A DNA stretch of 64,000 bases from Clostridia bacterium. Its GTDB lineage: Bacteria > Bacillota > Clostridia > Christensenellales > Borkfalkiaceae. Position numbers and translations under genes: made by a program. Numbering within the stretch: the stretch's first letter is position 1; every line of letters begins with the position of its first letter. The stretch covers positions 1,838-65,837 of the forward strand of contig JAIDSX010000064.1 of the NCBI GenBank assembly GCA_029060985.1, read 5' to 3'. The notes under the pieces are model-generated. The model had not been told where the DNA came from. It was given only the letters and a program-made list of their open reading frames with translations, and searched no databases. This document shows, piece after piece, positions 35,501-44,106 of this stretch.

Positions 35501-37360
35501 TTATGACCTTCTTTCGATTTCTTCTATGATTTTTTCGGGGGTGAAACCGTATTCTTCAAAAAGCTCTTTCTTCGTGCCCTGTCCCGCGAAGCCCTCTATC
35601 GCGTGAACGGTCACGTCCTTTCCCGCAAGCCCCGCCGCGAACTTCTCGCCGATTCCGCCCGCCTTGCTTCCCTCTTCGAGGAAGTAGACGAGCTTTGCGC
35701 TCTTGATAAGCGGCTTGATTTTTTCGAAGTCGAGCGGAAATATTTTTTTGAGCCGTAAAACGCCCGTCTTGCGCTTTTCGTTTAATATCGCCGCCGCCCC
35801 GCGCGCCACGGCGGAAACCCGCCCGTAGGTTACGATCACGATCTCCGCGTTTTCGATTTCGGGCGTATAGGCAAAGTCTTCCTCTTCCGTCTCTTCCCCC
35901 TCCCTTGAAAGCTCCTCGCCCTTGGGGTAGCGGACGATGGATATTTTATCGCTCGCAAGCGATTGATCGAGCGCGGACGAAAGCTCTTGATAGGTTTCCG
36001 GCGCGTATATTTCCGTATTCGGAATTGCGGTAAACAGCGGCACGTCGAAAATTCCCTGATGGGTGATCCCGTCTCCCTCGACGAATCCGCAGTGATCGAG
36101 AAGTAGTGTTAGCGGAAGTTTTTGCAGGGACACGTCGTGCAGGAGTTGATCGCACACCCTTTGCGCAAAGGTCGAATAGAGCACCAGCACGGGCTTCATG
36201 CCGTTTGCCGCAAGCCCGCCCGAAAAGGCGACGGCGTGCTCCTCGGCAATGCCCACGTCAAAGAAGCGGTCGGGGAACTTTTCGGAAAATTCCGTAAGCC
36301 CCGTGCCGTCGCACATGGCGGCAGTCAAGGCGCAGATTTTGGGATCGGTCTCCGCGCGCTCCAAAAGAAGGTTTCCCGCCGCCCGCGTAAAGTTTAAGCT
36401 ATCGGAGGGGAGCACGCCCTTTTCGCGGTCGAAGGGCGCGACCGAGTGGTAAATTTCGGGCTCTTTCTCCGCAAACAAGTACCCCTTGCCCTTCTGCGTT
36501 TTTACGTTAACGACGGCGATCTTGTTATGCGACTTCGCCTCGTTGAAAATGTTCACGAGCTTTTTGAGGTTGTGCCCGTCCATAGGGCCGTAGTACTTGA
36601 CCCCCATATCCTCGAACAGGGTGTTGCGCACGAACAGATTTTTTAAGAACCGCTTGAACCCGCGCAGGGATTTTTCAATGGGCTTTCCGATGAGCGGGAT
36701 CTTTTTTACGACCCGTTCCACGCGGTACTTAAAGCTGAAATAGCGCTTGCTCGTGCGGAGCTTCGTCAAGTGGTTGTGCATACCCCCGATATTCGCGGAG
36801 ATGGACATATCGTTGTCGTTTACGACGATCAAAAGGCGCAAGTCCTTGTCGGCGCAGTTGTTGAGCGCCTCGTAGATCATGCCGTTCGTGAGCGACCCGT
36901 CGCCGATGACGCACACCGTGTAAGCCTCGCTTCCTTTGAACTTGTTCGCCGCCGCAAGCCCCAACGCCTGCGAAAGCGAAGCGCCGCTGTGCCCCTCGCA
37001 CATCACGTCGTATTCGCTCTCTCCGCGCTTTTCGAAGCCGGAGACGCCGTCCTTTTGGCGGAGCGTATGAAAATCCTCCACCCGCCCCGTGACGAGCTTG
37101 TGCGCGTAGCTTTGATGTCCCACGTCGAATAAGAACTGATCGGAAGGCGCGTTGAAAACTTTGTGCAAGGCAAGCGTGACTTCCACGATTCCGAGGTTGG
37201 AAGCCAAGTGCCCGCCGTTCTTTGATACGGCGTCGATAATTTTTTCTCTGATTTCGCCTGCGAGCGAAGCGAGCTCTTCTAAGGTGAGCACCTTCAACAC
37301 GTCGGGCGAATGCACGTTTTCAAGCACAGTTTTACCGCCGATCCGCTTCGGACAGTTCAT
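35501..37360 (-). CDS. dxs: 1-deoxy-D-xylulose-5-phosphate synthase
   Basis: 619 aa. GGHLASNLGIVEVTLALH, DVGHQSYAHKLVTGR and the GDGSLTNGM TPP motif. Confidence 0.95.
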   Translation of the reverse strand: MNCPKRIGGKTVLENVHSPDVLKVLTLEELASLAGEIREKIIDAVSKNGGHLASNLGIVEVTLALHKVFNAPSDQFLFDVGHQSYAHKLVTGRVEDFHTLRQKDGVSGFEKRGESEYDVMCEGHSGASLSQALGLAAANKFKGSEAYTVCVIGDGSLTNGMIYEALNNCADKDLRLLIVVNDNDMSISANIGGMHNHLTKLRTSKRYFSFKYRVERVVKKIPLIGKPIEKSLRGFKRFLKNLFVRNTLFEDMGVKYYGPMDGHNLKKLVNIFNEAKSHNKIAVVNVKTQKGKGYLFAEKEPEIYHSVAPFDREKGVLPSDSLNFTRAAGNLLLERAETDPKICALTAAMCDGTGLTEFSEKFPDRFFDVGIAEEHAVAFSGGLAANGMKPVLVLYSTFAQRVCDQLLHDVSLQKLPLTLLLDHCGFVEGDGITHQGIFDVPLFTAIPNTEIYAPETYQELSSALDQSLASDKISIVRYPKGEELSREGEETEEEDFAYTPEIENAEIVIVTYGRVSAVARGAAAILNEKRKTGVLRLKKIFPLDFEKIKPLIKSAKLVYFLEEGSKAGGIGEKFAAGLAGKDVTVHAIEGFAGQGTKKELFEEYGFTPEKIIEEIERRS

Positions 37361-37443
37361 TCTATAAGCCTTGCCGAAGCTCTTTTAATCATACCACTTT
37401 ATACTATCCACCGTCAAGCATAAACGTGTAATTTCAACCGCGA

Positions 37444-38142
37444 TTACTCCTCGGTTTTTTCCTTCGGTTTGCTTCTGAAATTCACTTGCTTATAGATACC
37501 TTTGCACATTCTGTATTTGCACAGCTTGTCGATAAAAATGATTCCGTAGAACAAAAGCACGCCGATCGCGGCCACGATCATATCCCATATCGTATCCCAC
37601 AACGGGTTATAACTTTCAAAGAACTCGTTCACGGTCTGATTGCCGACCGAGCCCAAATCGGGCGTCCAGTGCTGCATATCCGCGCCCGTAATTGCGTGGA
37701 TCACATACTCGAAGATTTCCCAAAAGGCGGCGAGCCCCAAAACGCAGAGCATGATGACGAGGAAGAAGCACCACGGTTTCATGCGCTCGCCCTTGCCGTA
37801 CAGGAGCACGATCATCGCGCCGAAGCTGCCCACGATCCCGAACGCCGTATGCAAAAATTTATCGTAGTACGGCACGTACTTGTAAAAATCCAGAACGGAT
37901 GCAAAATCGAGCCCGCAGACCGCAAACGCCGCGACCGCGATATTGAACGCAAACGGAATCCTGATTTTGAAAATCAGATTGACGACGGGCACGACGAGCG
38001 CGCAGACGGGTACCATACACGCCTTTACGACGTTGAGATAGTCGCTCCGTTTGAGCGCGCAAAAATATACGATCAGACAGATAACGGTCACCACGACCGA
38101 AACAAAAAAGGGAATAAAATCAACGATGGTTTTTTTCTTCAT
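37444..38142 (-). CDS. Multi-pass membrane protein (possibly YjdF/DUF2238-like)
   Basis: 232 aa from ATG 38142 (MKKKTIVDFIPFF...), about 6 TM, with YDKFLHTAFG and FWEIFEY motifs. The family call is tentative. The longer track ORF overlaps the upstream gene. Confidence 0.55.
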   Translation of the reverse strand: MKKKTIVDFIPFFVSVVVTVICLIVYFCALKRSDYLNVVKACMVPVCALVVPVVNLIFKIRIPFAFNIAVAAFAVCGLDFASVLDFYKYVPYYDKFLHTAFGIVGSFGAMIVLLYGKGERMKPWCFFLVIMLCVLGLAAFWEIFEYVIHAITGADMQHWTPDLGSVGNQTVNEFFESYNPLWDTIWDMIVAAIGVLLFYGIIFIDKLCKYRMCKGIYKQVNFRSKPKEKTEE

Positions 38143-38159
38143 AAATATCCTACCCCTTT

Positions 38160-40574
38160 TCAGTATTGATTCAAAGCCGCTCTTAAAATACGGCTTGCCG
38201 CAATTTCGATTCCCTCTTTTGAAATTTCGCCCCGCTTGTACGCCCGCTTGATTTTCTTTACTTCGGCGGGAAAGCCGGGCATCACGAGATCGCAGCCTGC
38301 GGGCGCGCACTTCTCCGTATAGCTATTGTCGTGCCCTGCGGCGAGCCAGTCGGTCATGACCACGCCGTTAAATCCGAACTCGTTGCAGAGAACATCCGTC
38401 AAGAGCTCGAAGCTGTTGCAGACGTATTCGCCGTTGACCATGTTGTAGCTTGCCATAACGCTCTTAGGGTCAGATTCCCGCACGGCGATTTTGAACGCCT
38501 TCAAGTAGATTTCGCGGAGCGTTCTCTCGTTCAGATTGCTTGACGACATATTCCGCTCCGTCTCCAAATTGTTGCAGGCGAAGTGCTTCAAGGTTGCGTA
38601 CCGCCCTTTCCGCTCCTGCACACCGCAGGTGACGGCGGCGGCGAGCCTGCCCGTGAGATATGCGTCCTCGGAATAATACTCGTAGTTCCTGCCGCAGAGC
38701 GGATTGCGCTGAATATTCATGGCGGGCGCAAGAAAGAAGGTCACGCCGAACTCCTCCATCTCTTCGCCGACGGCGCGCCCCATTTCTTTTAACAGCTCCT
38801 CATCGAAGGTCTGCGCGGCAAGCGTTTCCGAGGGGAACGCTGTCGCGTATTGATAATACACTCTGCGCGTGCGCTTTTTGGGCACGCCCAAATTGACGAG
38901 CCAATTCAAAATACCGTACCGCATCGCCTCGGGCAGAGCGGGAATATTGAAGATATTCTGTTTGGGCTTTTTCGAAGCGGGACTTACGTTCAAGCCCTGC
39001 GGTCCGTCCGCCATGGGCATATTCGGAATACCCTTTTTTACGAACGCCGAAGTCGTATAACCCGCCGCGCCGAACACCGTATTGTATACTTTGCCGAGAT
39101 AGCTCGTGCCCACGAGCAGCTTGATTTTATCATTGAGCGAAAGTTTATTGAATACACTTCCCCCGCCATTAAGCACGGGCTTTTCATAGGTATGCGTTAC
39201 GCATTCGATTTCGTCCCCGTTAATGGAAATGCGTTTGAACGCGGGCACTTCTCTTTCGACGGAAAGCGGAGCGAAAAACGGAATTTCTCTCTTTAAGGAG
39301 CATACGTTTTTACACTTTTCCGTCACGACCGTCTTGTCGAGCGACAGTGCGCCTACTGCCGTCAAGTCCCCGGCATTGTTCCCAAGGTAGAGAATATAGT
39401 CGCCCGCTTCAAGAAGATAAGACGCGCTCTCCTCGTCGTAGCTTGCAAAGTCGCGAAGATCGAAAGAAACTTCCGCTTCCTCGCACTCCTGCGGGTTTAA
39501 GCATTTCGTCTTTGCAAAGCCCGCAAGGGACACGCGCTCTTTTATAAGTTTTCCGTTCGGCGCGGAAAGGTAGAGCTGAACGACTTCCCGCCCCGCACAC
39601 CCGCCGATATTTTCTACGCGGACGAGGCAAGTCACCTTGCTCTTTTCTACGGTCACTTTTTCGCAACTTTTCGAAAATCCGGTATACGAAAGACCGTAGC
39701 CGAAGGGATAGCGCGGCTTTAAGTTATTCGCGTGAAACCAGCGATAGCCGACGTAGATATTTTCGGTATAGTCCTCTTCGCGCGGATCGCCGTTGAGATA
39801 AGAATAGGTATCGTAGGAGGGATAGTCCTCGTAGCGTTCCGCCCAAGTCGCCGCAAGCCTGCCCGAAGGCGAAACCTTGCCCGAAAGGACGTCGGCGGCG
39901 GCGTTGCCCGCCTCCATACCGCCGAGGGAAGCGAGAAGAATTGCGGAAAGGCTGAGCTCCTTCGTAAAGGATAAGTCGATCACTCCGCCCGCGTTGAGCA
40001 CGAGAACGGTTTTGGGATACAATGCGCAGAGCGTTTTCAGTTGCCCGAGTTCCTCTTCGCGGATATAGTAATCACCCTTTGTAAGCTGCCTGTCAAAGCC
40101 CTCGCCCGCCTGCCGCGTTAAAACGTAGAGCGCGGTGTCCGTATCCTCTTTTTCGATTTTTCCGCCGAGCGGAGGGAGAAAGGGGTGCGCGCTTGCGTAG
40201 TCCATCTGCGCCGTCTTTTTGCACTTTTTCAAGCCCTTGGTAAGCTGTTTTCGCCAAGCCTTTTTCTCGGAATCGTATTCCCTGTCAAGCCCGTCCAGCC
40301 AGTCCTTCGTCAGAATTTCAAAGCCAGCGTTGTTGAGTCCCTCTTCGATCGTGACGCGGTAGCGCGGTCTGTTTTCACCGCTGCCCGTACCGCCGAACGC
40401 GGTATGCCGCGCGCCCAAACCGTAGAGCGCGACTCTGTTGGTTTTAAGGGGAAGCACGCCGTCGTTTTCAAGCAATACGATCCCGTCCGCACCAATCGTG
40501 CGGGCGAGCAGAGCGTTTCTTTTTTCCCTGTCCGAAGGAGCGGGATCAGTGGTAGCGAGAATGATTCTTTTCAT
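38160..40574 (-). CDS. Glycoside hydrolase family 3 beta-glucosidase with permuted domain order
   Basis: 804 aa. GH3 C-terminal-type alpha/beta sandwich plus an Fn3-like segment (EVVQLYLSAP) come first. The catalytic (beta/alpha)8 domain (KHFACNN, GVVMTDW) is at the C-terminus. Confidence 0.85.
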   Translation of the reverse strand: MKRIILATTDPAPSDREKRNALLARTIGADGIVLLENDGVLPLKTNRVALYGLGARHTAFGGTGSGENRPRYRVTIEEGLNNAGFEILTKDWLDGLDREYDSEKKAWRKQLTKGLKKCKKTAQMDYASAHPFLPPLGGKIEKEDTDTALYVLTRQAGEGFDRQLTKGDYYIREEELGQLKTLCALYPKTVLVLNAGGVIDLSFTKELSLSAILLASLGGMEAGNAAADVLSGKVSPSGRLAATWAERYEDYPSYDTYSYLNGDPREEDYTENIYVGYRWFHANNLKPRYPFGYGLSYTGFSKSCEKVTVEKSKVTCLVRVENIGGCAGREVVQLYLSAPNGKLIKERVSLAGFAKTKCLNPQECEEAEVSFDLRDFASYDEESASYLLEAGDYILYLGNNAGDLTAVGALSLDKTVVTEKCKNVCSLKREIPFFAPLSVEREVPAFKRISINGDEIECVTHTYEKPVLNGGGSVFNKLSLNDKIKLLVGTSYLGKVYNTVFGAAGYTTSAFVKKGIPNMPMADGPQGLNVSPASKKPKQNIFNIPALPEAMRYGILNWLVNLGVPKKRTRRVYYQYATAFPSETLAAQTFDEELLKEMGRAVGEEMEEFGVTFFLAPAMNIQRNPLCGRNYEYYSEDAYLTGRLAAAVTCGVQERKGRYATLKHFACNNLETERNMSSSNLNERTLREIYLKAFKIAVRESDPKSVMASYNMVNGEYVCNSFELLTDVLCNEFGFNGVVMTDWLAAGHDNSYTEKCAPAGCDLVMPGFPAEVKKIKRAYKRGEISKEGIEIAASRILRAALNQY

Positions 40575-40610
40575 GGTATGATTGTAACATAAATCCGTAA
40601 AAAATGTAAC

Positions 40611-40639
40611 AAAAAAACTCCGCTTTCGCGGAGTTTTTT
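40611..40639. terminator. Terminator
   Basis: aaaaaaactccgctttcgcggagtttttt. Confidence 0.8.
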
Positions 40640-40641
40640 AT

Positions 40642-41127
40642 TTATTGGTTTTCCGTTTCCGAGCCGTTCTCAACGGGCTTTGCAGCTTCTTCCTTTTTCT
40701 TGACGATCGTCAGATACAGCCATGCCGCAAGCGCCAACGCCGTGCTTATCAAAAGCGTGACCGCCGTCGACACATACGAGGAAAACACCGCATAGGTCGC
40801 GGCAGCCATTTTCGGTTTGATACCGCGCAACGCGGCCATGGAAGCAACGCAGTACAGAATGATCGTAATTGCCAGACTGAGATTCACCGCCAAACGGCAG
40901 TTCTTGTTCGCAAAGAACACCGTGATGAAGACGATCCCAAGCGCAACGCCTCCCAAGGTGATCCCGCCAACCGCATTTGCGTAATCGGAATTCACGCTTG
41001 CACCTTGAACGCTCTCCACGTCGATAAACAGCGTAAGGCTATCGACAAGCGCCGCGACGAGCACGGTGATAAGCGACACGAGCGCAACGCCCAGAATCAC
41101 GGAAGCGATCGTTTTTTTCTCTTTCAT
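40642..41127 (-). CDS. Hypothetical small integral membrane protein (about 5 TM)
   Basis: 161 aa, hydrophobic, with an acidic C-terminal tail. 15 nt downstream of the uL15-like gene. Confidence 0.6.
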   Translation of the reverse strand: MKEKKTIASVILGVALVSLITVLVAALVDSLTLFIDVESVQGASVNSDYANAVGGITLGGVALGIVFITVFFANKNCRLAVNLSLAITIILYCVASMAALRGIKPKMAAATYAVFSSYVSTAVTLLISTALALAAWLYLTIVKKKEEAAKPVENGSETENQ

Positions 41128-41142
41128 ATTTTTTCTCCTTTA

Positions 41143-42276
41143 TTAACTATTTTTAATTGCCTTGCCGCCGGTGAGGACAATCATCTTGACCGCCTGAATG
41201 GAGAAGCTGTCGGCTTCGACGGTAAGGGGTTTATCGAGCTTTCCGCGCGCAAGCACCTTTAAGTACGTCGTCTGTTTGTGAAAGCCCTTTACCCGCTTCT
41301 TGATTTCGTCGAGCGTCACCGTTTCGCCGCTCTCGAAGCACTGCGAGAGCGTATCGATATTGATAATGCCCTGCTTTGTTCTGTCGACCGTGCCTTCGGA
41401 TTTTTCGATAAGACTTGCCGCGACCTCGTCCTTCATAAGCGCGTCCGCTTCCTGCACCGTAACGCTCTCGCGCACTTTACTTTGGGGGAACGCCGAGCCG
41501 CTCTGCACGTCCTTATCTGAAAGCACCTTTATGAAACCCCTCCCGATGAGCGCGTCCGTCTCCTCGTAAGGGTACTGCACGGCGTAGTCCGTATCGACCG
41601 CTTTTGCGTTTTGAGGTACGCCGTCTTGCGCCGCAAGCTCTGCAATCAGCTCCTTTGCGTAAGCTATCCGCCTGTCGTTCTTGATACGGTACAGACAGGG
41701 CGTAGCGGCGTAAGCCTTGATTTCCGCAATGCTTTCCACGCGGTACTTCGTTCCCTCGTAGTCGTTAGGGTTGAGCGCAAGCGCAAGCGACAGGGTCTTG
41801 CCGCGCAGGCGAAGTTTTGCAAGCGCTTTTCTTCCTTTGCGGAAGGTCTCGCCCTTCCACGAAATGCGGCTCTTTACGCCCTCGTAGGAAAGCAGCTTGT
41901 TTTTGATTTGAGAATAATACGCTTTCGTTTGATCGTCCGATTGAATGAGCTTTGCAAGAAAGCTCTTGCTGTATTTCACGACGATAAACCGCGTTTTGCC
42001 GTTTTCCACGACGGGCATGACCTTCGTGACCTCGTCGTCACTTTCTTCGCGGTTGGTGTTCGGCTCTTGCGTATCCGCAGCTTCGGCTACGGGCTGAGGC
42101 GCGGGCGCGGCTTTTTCTTCGACAGTTTCCTCTTTGACCGTTTTCGGAAGCTCTTTCTCCGCAGGGAGATTTACTTCCCCCGCCTTCTTTTTTCTGCGCA
42201 AAATAAAAAATAAGATAACCCCCAAAAGAGCAAGCGCCACAACAGCAGCTATTATTACGATGATCGTCGTATTCAT
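41143..42276 (-). CDS. Membrane-anchored protein with a C-terminal ribosomal uL15-like domain
   Basis: 377 aa. N-terminal TM (IIVIIAAVVALALLGVILFFIL), a disordered linker, and an unknown central domain. The C-terminus INIDTLS...KVLARGKLDKPLTVEADSFSIQAVKMIVLTGGKA parallels the uL15 C-terminal consensus (KVLG.G.L.K.LTV.A..FS.SA...I..AGG.A). Confidence 0.65.
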   Translation of the reverse strand: MNTTIIVIIAAVVALALLGVILFFILRRKKKAGEVNLPAEKELPKTVKEETVEEKAAPAPQPVAEAADTQEPNTNREESDDEVTKVMPVVENGKTRFIVVKYSKSFLAKLIQSDDQTKAYYSQIKNKLLSYEGVKSRISWKGETFRKGRKALAKLRLRGKTLSLALALNPNDYEGTKYRVESIAEIKAYAATPCLYRIKNDRRIAYAKELIAELAAQDGVPQNAKAVDTDYAVQYPYEETDALIGRGFIKVLSDKDVQSGSAFPQSKVRESVTVQEADALMKDEVAASLIEKSEGTVDRTKQGIINIDTLSQCFESGETVTLDEIKKRVKGFHKQTTYLKVLARGKLDKPLTVEADSFSIQAVKMIVLTGGKAIKNS

Positions 42277-42411
42277 GAATGATTCTCCTTTGGCTTGTTG
42301 ACAAACCTAATAACTTTACCTTATGTTGATTATATCATATACAGCTATGGATATGTCAATAGTAAACGCAAGGAAAAACTTAAAAATTTAATCGAAATAT
42401 CCCGTGTAGAT

Positions 42412-42442
42412 AAAAAAGAAGGCTTACGCCTTCCTTTTTTTT
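42412..42442. terminator. Terminator
   Basis: aaaaaagaaggcttacgccttcctttttttt. Confidence 0.8.
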
Positions 42443-42453
42443 ATCCTTAAAAC

Positions 42454-44052
42454 TTACTTTATCGGCAATGCTCTGCCCGTCGTTTTAAGCGTCTGCTCGT
42501 CTATGCTTTCGCCGTCGAGTACGAGTTTGCCGTTTATGAATACTTTGTCTATTCCGAACGACTGCGTTTTATCGGGAGTAGCCTTTTTCAACTCTTCTTC
42601 GTCAAACACGGTTAAATCGGCAAAATATCCTTTTTTGATATAGCCTCTGTTTTGAAGCATAAACCTGTCGGCGGTGGCGCCCGTCATCTTACGGACAGTG
42701 TTCGGCATAGTGTCGCCCGTACCAAGCAACGAATCGCGCAGGAACTTGGGGAAGCAATCGTAAATTGCGGGGTTTTGAATACCGTGTTCTTCCACCCATG
42801 CGTCGGTCATATACAGACAGCTCTCGTGGCGCGACAGCTCGGAAATGATCTGCGGCGTGGAATACGGACCCATGTTGACTCTTCCTTTGAAGTTGCTCTT
42901 TTCGCAGAGCATGAGGTACGCGTCCAAATCCTTCATGCCCTCTTCCTTTGCAATCTGATGAACGGTTTTCCCCTCATACTTTTCGTAGCCCTCGCCGATG
43001 TACGCGATCTGAATATCGTCAAAATAGAAGCCTACGAGCTTACTCGTTGCCTTTACCAGCACCGACAGTTTGAACTTGGTAAACGCCTTTTTCTTCTGCT
43101 TGGGCGTAAGGCTTTGATACCATGCGGGCAGAATTACCGTGATGACCGATACCCCCAAGCATTCGTCGTAGATATCAAACATGATATCCACGCCGTCGGC
43201 TTTGAGTTTGTTGATAATTTTTACAAGCTCGGTCTTGTCCTTAAACGACTTTCTTCCCACGAAAATTGCGTGCGAATATTGAAGTTTCAGCTTCGTGCCC
43301 TTTGCAATTTTCACAAGCTCATCCACGGCACGCAAGAGGTGTGATCTTCCGAGCAGTTGCTTGTACGCCATGGACACTGCCGAAAGCGCCCTTGCGTGTA
43401 CGGTAAGGGGCTTATTGTACTTGATACAGAGCGCGGCGACCTTTTTGAGCTCGTCGATATCGGCGTATACTCCCGGCTCGTACATCAACCCAAGCGAGAT
43501 TCCCGCCGCACCGTTTTGAAGCGCCTTCTCCAAAATACCGAGCATTTGCTTTTCTTCCGTTTCGGTGAGTTTGCGATTTTCGTAGCCCGCCACCGCCGCT
43601 CTTGCCGAACAGTGCCCCACAAGCGACGCGATATTGCAGGGACAATTTCCGTCTATCGCGGCGAAGTATTGATCCGTTTCACCGTATACGCCCGTGGTGT
43701 CGTGATAATAGAACAGCCCGCCGCCCATCTTATCTACGTTCTTGCAATCGTCGTTGAATCCGACAGCCGAAAGTCCGCAGTTACCCGTAATAAAAGTCGT
43801 CATGCCCTGACGGATAAACGGCTCGAAATAGGGCAACGGATCGTTCTTGATTGCAAACCAGTCGTTATGCGAATGCGCGTCGATAAATCCCGAAGAAAGG
43901 CTCTTGCCGGTAAGGTCGATTACCTCGTCCGCTTCCGCTTCGATTTTTTGGGCGACTTCCGCTATTTTGTCGTCTTCAATCAGCAGATCGCCGAAGAACG
44001 CTTCCGCGCCCGTGCCGTCGTATATTTTTGCATTTTTCAATAAAGTTCTCAT
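42454..44052 (-). CDS. Metal-dependent amidohydrolase, N-acyl-D-amino-acid deacylase (D-aminoacylase) family
   Basis: 532 aa. N-terminal KIYDGTG...GFIDAHSHND motif and a C-terminal beta-sandwich (ADLTVFD). Confidence 0.8.
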   Translation of the reverse strand: MRTLLKNAKIYDGTGAEAFFGDLLIEDDKIAEVAQKIEAEADEVIDLTGKSLSSGFIDAHSHNDWFAIKNDPLPYFEPFIRQGMTTFITGNCGLSAVGFNDDCKNVDKMGGGLFYYHDTTGVYGETDQYFAAIDGNCPCNIASLVGHCSARAAVAGYENRKLTETEEKQMLGILEKALQNGAAGISLGLMYEPGVYADIDELKKVAALCIKYNKPLTVHARALSAVSMAYKQLLGRSHLLRAVDELVKIAKGTKLKLQYSHAIFVGRKSFKDKTELVKIINKLKADGVDIMFDIYDECLGVSVITVILPAWYQSLTPKQKKKAFTKFKLSVLVKATSKLVGFYFDDIQIAYIGEGYEKYEGKTVHQIAKEEGMKDLDAYLMLCEKSNFKGRVNMGPYSTPQIISELSRHESCLYMTDAWVEEHGIQNPAIYDCFPKFLRDSLLGTGDTMPNTVRKMTGATADRFMLQNRGYIKKGYFADLTVFDEEELKKATPDKTQSFGIDKVFINGKLVLDGESIDEQTLKTTGRALPIK

Positions 44053-44065
44053 AGTCTAAAACCTT

Positions 44066-44093
44066 AAAAAGGAAGGCTTTCGCCTTCCTTTTT
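44066..44093. terminator. Terminator
   Basis: aaaaaggaaggctttcgccttccttttt. Confidence 0.8.
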
Positions 44094-44106
44094 ATTGTAT
44101 CCTCAA

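Noticed and set aside
34585-37360. dxs-nadA adjacency as a possible novel pathway cluster.
   Set aside because: Both are standard housekeeping enzymes of unrelated pathways (MEP and NAD). There are no additional linked genes, so simple operonic co-location is sufficient explanation.
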